64,000 nucleotides of DNA from Candidatus Microsaccharimonas sp. (GTDB lineage Bacteria > Patescibacteriota > Saccharimonadia > Saccharimonadales > Saccharimonadaceae), in the NCBI GenBank assembly GCA_049661485.1, contig JBATAC010000002.1:556699-620698 (forward strand), read 5' to 3'. A model generated the notes under the pieces. The model was not told the origin of the DNA, did no database searches, and saw nothing but the letters and a program-made list of their open reading frames with translations. Positions 10,683 through 21,271 of this stretch are shown piece by piece (positions within the stretch are counted from its first letter, which is position 1; each line of letters begins with the position of its first letter). The position numbers were made by a program, and so were the translations under genes.

Positions 10683-11360
10683 ATGATTCCTGGCGTTGAT
10701 CTTCTTGAGTTTATTAAGTTCGTAAGCATCTTGGGTGTTGCGGCTGTAGTTTTTGCCGAGTCTGGCCTTTTAATTGGTTTTTTCCTGCCAGGCGATAGCT
10801 TACTTTTTGCAACCGGCTTCCTTATTCATTCAGGTATACTTAATTTCAATATTCATTTAGCCGTACTTATTATCTTTATCGCTGCTGTACTCGGTGACAG
10901 TGTCGGTTATAGTTTCGGACGCAGTGTCGGCCCGCGTATTTTTAATAAACCAGACGCCCGTCTATTTAAGCAAGAATACATTCGTCGCGCTCAGGAATTT
11001 TACGAGAAGCACGGTGGTAAAACTATTATTATTGCCCGTTTCGTACCAATTGTACGAACGTTTGCTCCAGTTGTAGCTGGTGCAAGTAGAATGGATTACA
11101 AACGATTCCTCGCTTTTAACATCATCGGAGGTGTTTTGTGGGCAGCCGGTGTAACGTATGCAGGGTATGCACTTGGGGGCTTCTTCCACAGTATAGGTGT
11201 TGAAATTGATCACATCCTTCTTCCACTCATCTTTATTATTATTCTTATTTCGGTACTACCACCTGCAATTCATATTTTTAAAGACAAAAAAACTCGTGTT
11301 GCCTTTTGGGAGGGTACCAAACGCGAGCTAAAATCTATTTTTACTAAGCGTAAAAAATAA
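10683..11360 (+). CDS. DedA family membrane protein
   Basis: DedA/SNARE-associated motifs (ESGLLIGFFLPGDSLLFATG, IIIARFVPIVRTFAPVVAG). The ORF track starts at TTG 10674; the ATG at 10683 lies just after a TATAAT box, so the start is ambiguous. Confidence 0.85.
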   Translation: MIPGVDLLEFIKFVSILGVAAVVFAESGLLIGFFLPGDSLLFATGFLIHSGILNFNIHLAVLIIFIAAVLGDSVGYSFGRSVGPRIFNKPDARLFKQEYIRRAQEFYEKHGGKTIIIARFVPIVRTFAPVVAGASRMDYKRFLAFNIIGGVLWAAGVTYAGYALGGFFHSIGVEIDHILLPLIFIIILISVLPPAIHIFKDKKTRVAFWEGTKRELKSIFTKRKK

Positions 11361-11410
11361 TACGCGCCATATTGCTAAATACCACTCCTAGCCTCATACT
11401 GTAGCCAGGT

Positions 11411-13189
11411 ATGGGGCATCGTCAAAACAAACATCTCGGTTCTATTGCACATGATAATGGTGTCGACTTTTCGGTTTGGGCACCATTCGCCAAAAACGTG
11501 TCACTCATGCTAGCTGTTGAATTTGACTCTAAGGAAATTCCCATGACAAGCGACGGCAAAGGGTATTGGTTTGTACTGGATGTTGAAGCAGAGCCTGGAC
11601 AGTCATATAAGTATAAAATTTTTTCTGAAAATGGAGAGTTGCTTCGAAATGACCCTCACGCTCGCCAGCTTACTGACTCTGATAGTGGTTCATCCATTAT
11701 TGTTTCGAATGAATTTGACTGGGGTGACTCGGATAATTTCTCTGCAGTAAATAAAGATCAAGCTATTATTTACGAGCTTCACATCGGTACTTTTAATCGT
11801 CCCGACCCTTCAACCAACGGCACCTTCGCAACGGCAATCGAAAAACTCGGCTACTTAAAAGACCTCGGCGTAAATTATATTGAACTTATGCCCGTCACTA
11901 GCATGGCAATGAGTCATGGATGGGGGTACGCACCAAACTATATATTTTCAATTGAGAACAGCTACGGTGGAAGACACGGCTTACTTCAATTTGTAAAAGC
12001 CTGCCACGAACATGGTATTGGTGTTATTGTTGATGTAGTTTATAACCATTTTTATACCGATACCGACCTATGGCAATTTGATGGCTGGAGCGAGAACAAT
12101 CGGGGTGGCATCTATTTCTATAACGATGAACGCGGTGATACACCTTGGGGTGGGCGGCCCGATTACGGGCGACCTGAAGTACGACGATTTTTACTTGATA
12201 ATGTTGCCATGTGGTTTCATGAATTTAAAGTTGATGGCTTACGCGTCGATTCTACTATATTTATGCGAACCAAGAACGGTAACGACGAAGATCCCGCGCA
12301 AGCGATCCCTGACGCCTGGAGCTTACTAGGCGAGATGAATGAGTTGGCGCATAAAATAAACCCGCACGCACTTATGATTGCTGAAGATAGCTCGTGTAAT
12401 GCCGGCCTCGTAACATCCGTCAGCAGCGGTGGTGCTGGATTTGATTCTCAATGGGAGGTTGGTTTTCCGCATGTTATTCGTGATAGTTTAGGAATTACCC
12501 AAAACGGCCAGCAGGCACCACTACAAGGTATTGAATACGAGCTTTCCCATACCTACACAAGTAACGCCTTTGACAAAGTAATTTTCAGCGATTCACATGA
12601 CACAGCCGCAAATGGTTCTGTACGCTTAAATGAAGCCGTATCACCAGGAAACGCCGAAAGCTTATCTGCTCGCCAGCGGGTATTAATAGCAAGTACACTT
12701 GCCCTTACTGCTCCGGGAATTCCTATGCTTTTACAGGGTCAAGAGTTTATGCAAGAAGGCGCCTTTAATGACTGGAAAATGCTTGAATGGGAAAAAACTG
12801 AACAATTCTCAGGTATTGTACTTGCCCACCAGCATCTTATTAAGCTTAGGTTAAACGCCTATGACAATACTCGTGGATTACTTGGCCAATACACCAAACT
12901 TATTCATCGCGATGATACGAACAATGTCATTGCTTACCATCGAAAAAAAGACGGCGGATCCCATGATGACACAATCGTTATTATTAATTTTGGCGCCTCT
13001 AGTTTCAACAATTACGAGCTATCTCTTCCCTATGAAGCCACATGGCGAACGCGTTTTAATACCAGCTGGAAAGGTTATAACATTGATTTTCATGAAGTGC
13101 CCGTAGCGAGTATTGTAGCTAAGTCTAATGGTCTTGGAAGTGTGAATCTTTCAGCATATAGCGCTCTCATTCTGTCGGTTGATGAGTAA
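11411..13189 (+). CDS. GH13 alpha-glucan branching-enzyme-like protein with N-terminal CBM48
   Basis: CBM48-like N-terminus (GVDFSVWAPFAKNVSL...YKYKI). GH13 conserved regions present (VDVVYNHF, VDGLRVDS, MIAEDS, FSDSHD). Exact specificity (GlgB versus TreZ-like) cannot be resolved by eye. Confidence 0.75.
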   Translation: MGHRQNKHLGSIAHDNGVDFSVWAPFAKNVSLMLAVEFDSKEIPMTSDGKGYWFVLDVEAEPGQSYKYKIFSENGELLRNDPHARQLTDSDSGSSIIVSNEFDWGDSDNFSAVNKDQAIIYELHIGTFNRPDPSTNGTFATAIEKLGYLKDLGVNYIELMPVTSMAMSHGWGYAPNYIFSIENSYGGRHGLLQFVKACHEHGIGVIVDVVYNHFYTDTDLWQFDGWSENNRGGIYFYNDERGDTPWGGRPDYGRPEVRRFLLDNVAMWFHEFKVDGLRVDSTIFMRTKNGNDEDPAQAIPDAWSLLGEMNELAHKINPHALMIAEDSSCNAGLVTSVSSGGAGFDSQWEVGFPHVIRDSLGITQNGQQAPLQGIEYELSHTYTSNAFDKVIFSDSHDTAANGSVRLNEAVSPGNAESLSARQRVLIASTLALTAPGIPMLLQGQEFMQEGAFNDWKMLEWEKTEQFSGIVLAHQHLIKLRLNAYDNTRGLLGQYTKLIHRDDTNNVIAYHRKKDGGSHDDTIVIINFGASSFNNYELSLPYEATWRTRFNTSWKGYNIDFHEVPVASIVAKSNGLGSVNLSAYSALILSVDE

Positions 13190-13259
13190 CGATGATTTAC
13201 ACTTGCTTGTGGTTTTCTTGAGACTAAAGTATACTTTGGACACATAATCGGAGAACTCT

Positions 13260-13736
13260 ATGGAACCTAAAACATCACCAACAATACAGACACAACCATC
13301 ACTACCTACGAATCAAGAATCAGAGCCGCGAAACCTACTGGCAGCTTTCGCTCTCGTTATATTATTAGGATACACTGGTGTTCATCAACTTTATCTTGGA
13401 AATAAAACACAAGGCTGGGTACGCATTGGTATTTTCTTAGCAAGCATTCCACTTTTATTTGTGTTCGTTGGTTTCCTATCATTCATCGTTTTATATGTTT
13501 GGGCAATCGTCGACTTCTTCCTTATCTACCTAAAGCGAGTTGACAGTGAAGGAAAACCCCTTGTCGGAACTAATCGTGACATCAAAGCAACGAAAGCCCT
13601 ATTTATAGGAACGATCATCTTTGTAGCTATCTATGCCTTACTACTCGTTGCGAGTATTGTTATCAGCTTAGCATTAGGTCAATCTTACGGCGCACCAACC
13701 GGTACTTTTGAAAGCTCACTTTACAACAGCTACTAA
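13260..13736 (+). CDS. TM2 domain membrane protein
   Basis: TM2-like core (LLGYTGVHQLYLGNKTQGWVRIG...WAIVDFFLI) plus additional TM helices. Confidence 0.65.
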   Translation: MEPKTSPTIQTQPSLPTNQESEPRNLLAAFALVILLGYTGVHQLYLGNKTQGWVRIGIFLASIPLLFVFVGFLSFIVLYVWAIVDFFLIYLKRVDSEGKPLVGTNRDIKATKALFIGTIIFVAIYALLLVASIVISLALGQSYGAPTGTFESSLYNSY

Positions 13737-13741
13737 TAAAC

Positions 13742-16555
13742 CTAGAGGAGTGGCTTTAAGTATTTACCTGTAAATGAATCGGCTACTTTGACAATTTGTT
13801 CAGGGGTGCCGGTTGCAACAACCATACCACCACCAAGGCCACCCTCTGGACCCATATCAATCAAGTGGTCAGCCGTTTTAATAACATCGAGGTTATGCTC
13901 AATAATAACCATGCTGTTTCCGCCTTCAACTAATTTTTGTAAAATACCAAGCAAACGTTTAACATCTGCGCTGTGCAACCCAGTGGTTGGCTCGTCGAGA
14001 ATATACAATGTTTTACCAGTTGATCGGCGCGAAAGCTCTGACGCAAGTTTAATACGTTGGGCTTCACCACCACTAAATGTCGTAGCTGGCTGACCCAAGC
14101 GAATATATCCCAGCCCAACATCTACTAAAGTATTCAGTTTTCGGGCAATTGCAGGAATGTTTTCGAAGAATTTTGCACCCTGATCAACGGTCATTTCAAG
14201 GACGTCACTAATAGTGGCGTCTTTATATTTAATTTCTAAAGCTTCGCGGTTGTACCGTTTACCGTTACAGACATCACACGTCACATACACATCAGGCAAG
14301 AAGTGCATCTCGATTTTAATGACACCATCACCTTGACAGTTTTCACAGCGTCCACCTTTTACATTAAAGCTAAAGCGACCAGCTTTGTAGCCCCGAATGT
14401 TTGCTTCAGGTGTACCGGCAAACAACTCACGAATGGCAGTGAATACACCCGTATAGGTTGCAGGGTTTGAACGAGGTGTACGACCAATTGCCGACTGATC
14501 GATGACAATAACTTTGTCGAGTTGTTCAATCCCCTCAACATTGTCGTGCGAACCTGGTACTTCATGAGCACGATGCAAACGAGCCGAGAGTTCTTTAGCG
14601 AGAATATCATTTACAAGCGTCGACTTGCCACTTCCACTTACTCCGCTTACAACAGTCATAACACCCAGCGGTATAGTGACATCGATATTTTTGAGGTTAT
14701 TTTCGCGAGCACCTTTAATAACCAGTGCACGATCCTTTTGAATTGCTCGACGCTTTTTTGGTACGTCAATTTTTTCTGTACCACTTAAATAACGGCCCGT
14801 CACACTGTTGGGATCATTAGCAACTTCAGCTGGTGTACCGTGGGCAACAACTTCGCCGCCATTAACGCCAGCCCCAGGCCCGATATCAAGCAAGTAATCG
14901 GCTTCACGAATCGTATCCTCGTCGTGTTCAACTACTAGTACGGTATTGCCTAAATCACGAAGATGTTTAAGGGTTGCGATAAGGCGGTCGTTATCACGCT
15001 GATGGAGCCCAATTGACGGTTCGTCTAGAACATACAATACACCTTGAAGGCCCGACCCAATTTGGGTAGCTAAGCGAATACGCTGCGCTTCACCACCAGA
15101 CAAGGTATTGGCTGCCCGAGTCAGCTCAAGATAGCTTAGCCCAACATTATTCATAAAGCCAAGCCGAGACTTGATTTCTTTCATAATCTGACTAGCAATA
15201 AAGGCTTCTTGGTCGGTAAGCTTTAATTTGTTATTGAATAAATCAAGTGCATCTTCAACACCCAGTGTACAAATATCCATAATGTTTAGGTCGTGAATAG
15301 TTACCGCTAATACAACCGGCTTTAAACGAGCACCGTGACAGGCGTGGCATTCACGCTCGCGCATAAAGCGCTCGATATCTTTTCGCATAAAGTCACTGTC
15401 TGTTTCTTTGTAGCGACGCTCAAGATTTGGAATAACACCCTCGTATGTTGAATCATACGCCCGACCATCACCAAGAGAAATACGGTATTTTTGTTCACCA
15501 GTTCCGTAAAGAACCTTTTGGATGGCCTCTTCGGTCATTTCTTTGACCGGAACTTTCAAGTTAAAGTTATGGGCAATTGCTACAGCCTGAAGGCGTTTCA
15601 TATACCAAGCATCGCTATTCACGCGGTTGTACGGACGAATAGCGCCCTCTGCAATCGTAAGATTTGGGTTGAATACAAGCTCGGGATCAACTTCTAAGCG
15701 GCTTCCTAAACCGGTACAAACTGGACAAGCCCCTTGTGGCGCATTAAAGCTAAATAAGCGCGGCTCAAGTTCAGGAATTTCTTCATTTGGATGGTCGACG
15801 CAGGCGTAACGCTGGCTGTAAATATGCGATTCTTCAGCGTCAACGTCTAGCACCTCAACCACCCCGTCGGCAATTTCAAGTGCCTGCTCGACGGACTGAG
15901 CGACACGTGGCCGGAGTTCATCTGAAATTGCGATACGATCTACTACAATTTCTATATCGTGTTTATACTTTTTATCAAGCTCAGGGTATTCATCAAGGGC
16001 ATACACTACGCCATCAACACGGGCACGGGCAAAACCAAGTCGACGGTATTGTTCAGGGATATGGGCGAATTCACCTTTTTTACCTTTCGCAATCGGTGCA
16101 AGAATCATAAGCCGTGAACCAGCCGGAAGCTTGAGTACTTCATCAATAATATCTTGTGGGGTTCGGCGACTTACCGGCTTACCACAAACCGGACAGTGCG
16201 GAACACCGATACGTGCATAGAGAAGACGAAGGTAATCATAAATTTCAGTGACTGTTGCGACGGTTGAACGCGGGTTTCGACTGGTCGATTTTTGATCGAT
16301 ACTAATCGCCGGACTAAGGCCGTCGATTTGGTCGACATCTGGTTTCTCCATTAATCCTAAGAACTGACGAGCATAGCTCGAAAGGCTTTCAACATAGCGG
16401 CGTTGGCCTTCGGCATAAATAGTATCAAAAGCTAAGCTCGACTTACCCGAGCCGCTTAACCCTGTAATAACAACCAGCTTGTCGCGCGGAATTTCAACAC
16501 TAATATTCTTTAGGTTGTGCTCGCGCGCACCTGAAACACGAATTACCTCTGACAT
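13742..16555 (-). CDS. uvrA: excinuclease ABC subunit A
   Basis: 937 aa. Two ABC modules (GLSGSGKSS and GVSGSGKST Walker A; LSGGEAQR twice) and zinc-finger Cys pairs ([13 protein letters not shown]...CDVCNG). Confidence 0.95.
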   Translation of the reverse strand: MSEVIRVSGAREHNLKNISVEIPRDKLVVITGLSGSGKSSLAFDTIYAEGQRRYVESLSSYARQFLGLMEKPDVDQIDGLSPAISIDQKSTSRNPRSTVATVTEIYDYLRLLYARIGVPHCPVCGKPVSRRTPQDIIDEVLKLPAGSRLMILAPIAKGKKGEFAHIPEQYRRLGFARARVDGVVYALDEYPELDKKYKHDIEIVVDRIAISDELRPRVAQSVEQALEIADGVVEVLDVDAEESHIYSQRYACVDHPNEEIPELEPRLFSFNAPQGACPVCTGLGSRLEVDPELVFNPNLTIAEGAIRPYNRVNSDAWYMKRLQAVAIAHNFNLKVPVKEMTEEAIQKVLYGTGEQKYRISLGDGRAYDSTYEGVIPNLERRYKETDSDFMRKDIERFMRERECHACHGARLKPVVLAVTIHDLNIMDICTLGVEDALDLFNNKLKLTDQEAFIASQIMKEIKSRLGFMNNVGLSYLELTRAANTLSGGEAQRIRLATQIGSGLQGVLYVLDEPSIGLHQRDNDRLIATLKHLRDLGNTVLVVEHDEDTIREADYLLDIGPGAGVNGGEVVAHGTPAEVANDPNSVTGRYLSGTEKIDVPKKRRAIQKDRALVIKGARENNLKNIDVTIPLGVMTVVSGVSGSGKSTLVNDILAKELSARLHRAHEVPGSHDNVEGIEQLDKVIVIDQSAIGRTPRSNPATYTGVFTAIRELFAGTPEANIRGYKAGRFSFNVKGGRCENCQGDGVIKIEMHFLPDVYVTCDVCNGKRYNREALEIKYKDATISDVLEMTVDQGAKFFENIPAIARKLNTLVDVGLGYIRLGQPATTFSGGEAQRIKLASELSRRSTGKTLYILDEPTTGLHSADVKRLLGILQKLVEGGNSMVIIEHNLDVIKTADHLIDMGPEGGLGGGMVVATGTPEQIVKVADSFTGKYLKPLL

Positions 16556-16669
16556 CTAAGCTATTATACGCTTTTCTTGATGGCTTTTCCAGTATGTAGC
16601 ATTGTTCCTCTTATGCTTGCAAAATCGTGTCACAAAGACTACTATACAAGTCACTTAAAGAGTTAAATT

Positions 16670-16930
16670 ATGAAGAAGACATTTGCAATTATTTTCACTA
16701 TTATGTCGGCTGTTTTAATACTAGATAGCGTAAACGCCAGCCATGCTATTGCTATGTTTTTACTTGCAGGAATTATACCAGGAACAGACGCAACAATAAG
16801 TGCATCTCAAATGCTTGAACTGTTTGCTTTTCTTCTTGGTTTCACACTCTCGCGTATTGCCATATGGGTAACTAGCCTTCTACTGTCTACAAAAACGCGC
16901 CAACTCGAACTGATATCATCCCAGACCTAA
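16670..16930 (+). CDS. small hypothetical membrane protein
   Basis: 86-aa ORF with three hydrophobic helices. No recognisable family. The coding call rests only on ORF length and hydrophobicity pattern. Confidence 0.4.
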   Translation: MKKTFAIIFTIMSAVLILDSVNASHAIAMFLLAGIIPGTDATISASQMLELFAFLLGFTLSRIAIWVTSLLLSTKTRQLELISSQT

Positions 16931-18345
16931 TCTTGAAACGGAACAATACTTTCAGCCCAAAGCTGTAGTTCTTGAAAAATAAAACTCTTTGAGTCGTCGG
17001 CTCCATGTATAGCAGCAAGCTCTTGCAGACGGCTTACGAAACCTGGTAGCTGTTTCTGAATTCGTGCTGCCCGCCATTGTTCCCACTCACCAACCTCATC
17101 TTCAGCTAGGCTTTGTGGGTAGTTACGAGCTTTGTAGTGAAGTAGTAAACCGTTAAGGCGCTCGTCGGTAAATTCAGGATGTAGGTCAGCTAAAGTGTTT
17201 GTATTAGCTTGACGCACTTTTTCAATTCGAAGCTTATCGATATCAGGAACAAAACCATCGTACAGTTGACCTTCCGGATCGGTAACTCTTTCGAATTCAG
17301 GGCGGCTTTCATAAAGCGACCGAATATTTTCAGCAAAAGACGGCGAAGATAATAATGTATTTCGATGCTTTTCGATAATTTCCTGGGTTAGCGCAATTTT
17401 TTCCCAGCCGGCCTCTTTTTCAAGTACACCAACTGGTGCGACTGCTGGGGCGCGGTTATACTGCAATTCTTTCACGGGTAATTTTACAAAGTCGTCTTTT
17501 TGACGCTCTTCCCAGGTTGCAAACATGCTTTTTGCTAGCTCTTTAACTGATAAATTCAGAAGCGGCGCTGGGTCATAACGCAAATCATACACAACTACAT
17601 TACCGTTACGCCCAGAGGTGAGCGGAAACGCGACGGTTGCTTTATGGTACGAGGGGTCGTAGCGGCCACTTACATAAACAAACGGCTTCTTATCGTCTAA
17701 ATTAACGAGTTCAGCTACTTTTTTCTTGTCTTTCATCGCAAAAAGGTGTGCGTAAATTTGTGGCTGCTTTTCTTTGACTAATTTTGTAACAGCAATTAAA
17801 GCTTCAACATCACTAAGAGCATCGTGGGCTTTAAAATGGTCAATACCATTTTCTTTGGTAATAAGTTCTAGTTTATTTACTTCCTTACCGTCAACAACCG
17901 GCCACTGAATACCTTCTGGCCTAAGTGCACGAGTCATCCGAACAACATCAAGCATATCCCAACGGCCACGACCATCACGCCACGCCCACTCGTACGGGTC
18001 GTTAAAGGTTCGCCAAAACAACGCACGGATAAATTCATCATCGAAGCGAATACTATTAAAACCGATTGTGATAGTGTCTTTGGTAAAAATTTCATCGATG
18101 AGTAGCTTAGCAAACTCAGCTTCAGTAAGCCCGTCTGACTGAGTTTGTTGCGGACTTATGCCGGTCACAAGAATAGCATCTGGATTTGGTAAGGTGTCAT
18201 CGTTTAATTTAACGAGGATGTTATATGGTTCACCAATTGGCTCAAAATTAAGTGTGGTACGCTGACCGGCAAACTGCATTATACGATCTTCCCGTGGGTT
18301 AAGCCCAGAAGTTTCAAGGTCATAGAAGAAAAATGTTTGTGACAT
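16927..18345 (-). CDS. sbcB: exodeoxyribonuclease I
   Basis: 472 aa. DEDDh exonuclease motifs (FFFYDLETSGLNPREDRIMQFA, GFNSIRFDDEF, HDALSDVEA) and an Exo I-type C-terminal domain. Confidence 0.85.
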   Translation of the reverse strand: MSQTFFFYDLETSGLNPREDRIMQFAGQRTTLNFEPIGEPYNILVKLNDDTLPNPDAILVTGISPQQTQSDGLTEAEFAKLLIDEIFTKDTITIGFNSIRFDDEFIRALFWRTFNDPYEWAWRDGRGRWDMLDVVRMTRALRPEGIQWPVVDGKEVNKLELITKENGIDHFKAHDALSDVEALIAVTKLVKEKQPQIYAHLFAMKDKKKVAELVNLDDKKPFVYVSGRYDPSYHKATVAFPLTSGRNGNVVVYDLRYDPAPLLNLSVKELAKSMFATWEERQKDDFVKLPVKELQYNRAPAVAPVGVLEKEAGWEKIALTQEIIEKHRNTLLSSPSFAENIRSLYESRPEFERVTDPEGQLYDGFVPDIDKLRIEKVRQANTNTLADLHPEFTDERLNGLLLHYKARNYPQSLAEDEVGEWEQWRAARIQKQLPGFVSRLQELAAIHGADDSKSFIFQELQLWAESIVPFQD

Positions 18346-18442
18346 ACCCTTATTATAGATGAGAACTATGAAGTTGTTCTTTAATGGCTTTAGAAAAACA
18401 AAAAAACACCTAGTTGGTGCTTGGTACGAAGGTGTCGGTAAC

Positions 18443-18453
18443 CCGACAGTGTA
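18443..18453. repeat. left arm of a perfect 11-bp inverted repeat (CCGACAGTGTA) flanking high-GC cassette A
   Basis: CCGACAGTGTA at 18443-18453 is the exact reverse complement of TACACTGTCGG at 19033-19043. Confidence 0.8.
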
Positions 18454-18484
18454 GTGCTAAAGCAGTAAATCAAGACGAGCCAAC

Positions 18485-18518
18485 GGCCCGGATGCGCGCG
18501 CGTTGGCGCATCCGGGCC
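18485..18518 (-). terminator. GC-rich hairpin downstream of the high-GC ORF (terminator-like, no clear U tract)
   Basis: GGCCCGGATGCGC, an 8-nt loop, then GCGCATCCGGGCC form a 13-bp perfect stem. It lies about 90 nt past the stop of the 18610..18933 gene. Confidence 0.5.
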
Positions 18519-18609
18519 GCCTTTGCAGCTCATCGGCCAGAGAAGCCGCACCGACTTCTTGGCTGAGGAATGCGTGATGAACTGCAGCTTGATGTCGCGC
18601 CGACGTCGG

Positions 18610-18933
18610 TCAGGCGGCGACGAGCTCGCGGGTCACGACGTCGATCGCCTGGACCACATCGGGGTGGAGCGGATCGCTGCCGGTGGCCTGGAGATCGAAG
18701 CCGCGACCGCGGGTCTCGATGATCTCGATGGCCTCGGCCTTGGTCGGCACCTGGCCGGCGTAGTCGACGATGTCGGACTCGACGCCCTTGCAGCCCTCGG
18801 TGCCGTCGGGCTTGAGGAGGGTGTCGATCATGTGGTCGCCGAGGCCGTCGCCGAAGCCCGAGCACGTGGAGTCGAGGATGAGGTTGTTGTCGATGCCGTC
18901 GTCCACGGGCTTGGTCGTGTGGTGCATGGTCAT
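18610..18933 (-). CDS. hypothetical protein of foreign (high-GC) composition, 107 aa
   Basis: ATG at 18933 follows AAGGAG with a 7-nt spacer. Almost every codon ends in G or C (ATG ACC ATG CAC CAC ACG ACC AAG CCC GTG GAC GAC GGC ATC...). Sequence MTMHHTTKPVDDGIDNNLILDSTCSGFGDGLGDHMIDTLLKPDGTEGCKG... matches no family I recognise. Confidence 0.7.
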   Translation of the reverse strand: MTMHHTTKPVDDGIDNNLILDSTCSGFGDGLGDHMIDTLLKPDGTEGCKGVESDIVDYAGQVPTKAEAIEIIETRGRGFDLQATGSDPLHPDVVQAIDVVTRELVAA

Positions 18934-19032
18934 GGTGTCTCCTTGGTTCGGTGTTGCCAGGATCCTGCGCACGTTTGCTAACAGGTCACTACCTAAGAAT
19001 GATCTTATATAGAGACCTGTCAGCAAATTTTA

Positions 19033-19043
19033 TACACTGTCGG
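19033..19043. repeat. right arm of the perfect 11-bp inverted repeat (TACACTGTCGG) flanking high-GC cassette A
   Basis: Exact reverse complement of 18443-18453. Confidence 0.8.
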
Positions 19044-19093
19044 ATTATTAATGATCTAATGAGAACAAAAGCTCAATCATTAGCTTAAAATGT

Positions 19094-19122
19094 ATTTTAT
19101 CACTAAAGTACGTTTTTGTCAA
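19094..19122 (-). promoter_or_regulatory. near-consensus sigma70-type promoter reading into high-GC cassette A
   Basis: The minus strand reads TTGACA (19122-19117), a 17-nt spacer (aaaacgtactttagtga), then TAAAAT (19099-19094). It sits immediately after the obg stop codon. Confidence 0.6.
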
Positions 19123-19130
19123 TAATATCT

Positions 19131-20473
<1,343 letters not shown>

Positions 20474-20494
20474 AACTGAAATGTATTACTAGAT

Positions 20495-21271
20495 TTAATG
20501 TATGTAGTAGTACTGGCCGACTTGACTTGCCGATAGAATACGGCCAGAAACAATGTTGTAACCACCACCTGATACAGAGGCATTCATTTCACTAAGCTGT
20601 AGGTCACCATTCGGTAGTACCGCTTCAACAACAGCCACGTGACCCCAGTCTTGAATGATTGCACCAGCCGAAGGTGAACGGTCAACTTGATAGCCAGCAG
20701 CACGAGCATTTGCCGCCCAAGCACCAGCGTTACCCCACATAGAACCAATTGGTGCGCCCATTTGAGCACGACGCCAGTGAACATAGGAAGTACAGTTACC
20801 ATAAGCGTACCCACCAGAAGCACCGATACCTTTACTAATAAACCATGTGCTAGTACCGCTAAACCCAGAACTGTAGCCGGTAATAAACGTTGCAGTGTTA
20901 GTAGCTGACGCCGCAGCACGTGGCGCAACGTAGCCAGGACGCTCAGTCTCGGGAAGTTGTGCATTTGGAACAACAATCTTTAAACCGGTCGAGAGGCCAT
21001 TAATTTCAAGGTCATTATAAGTAGTAATAAGTGAAGCATCCGCTTTATACTTATCAGCAAGACCCTGAATCGTATCACCTTCCTTAACGGTATAGACAAC
21101 ACCATCACGTGGTAGGATTTCAAGGCTTGAACCAGCAGCCACAGTGTCACCTGTAAGGTTGTTAGCCCATTTAATGGTATCAACAGATAGGCCGTACTTA
21201 GCAGCTACACTTGTAACAGTATCACCTGGCTGAACAGCGTAGGTTGTAATGTTACGGCTCGCTGATGACAA
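20495..21271 (-). CDS. LysM-LysM-CHAP peptidoglycan hydrolase (annotated core; N-terminus probably extends to about 21630, see findings)
   Basis: Two LysM repeats (YAVQPGDTVTSVAAKYGLSVDTIKWANNL; YTVKEGDTIQGLADKYKADASLITTYNDL). CHAP domain with catalytic Cys/His context (GNCTSYVHWR...WGHVAVVEAV). The ORF-track start is a TTG. Confidence 0.85.
   Translation of the reverse strand: MSSASRNITTYAVQPGDTVTSVAAKYGLSVDTIKWANNLTGDTVAAGSSLEILPRDGVVYTVKEGDTIQGLADKYKADASLITTYNDLEINGLSTGLKIVVPNAQLPETERPGYVAPRAAASATNTATFITGYSSGFSGTSTWFISKGIGASGGYAYGNCTSYVHWRRAQMGAPIGSMWGNAGAWAANARAAGYQVDRSPSAGAIIQDWGHVAVVEAVLPNGDLQLSEMNASVSGGGYNIVSGRILSASQVGQYYYIH

Noticed and set aside
18523-18981. Plus-strand 152-aa ORF and minus-strand 111-aa ORF (18530..18865) overlapping the high-GC gene in cassette A, plus the 31 extra N-terminal codons of ORF 18610..19026.
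   Set aside because: The antisense and off-frame translations are low-complexity (G/D/V/A/L/R-rich) and have no ribosome-binding site. The upstream extension of the real frame runs through AT-rich leader sequence. ATG 18933 with AAGGAG is the credible start.
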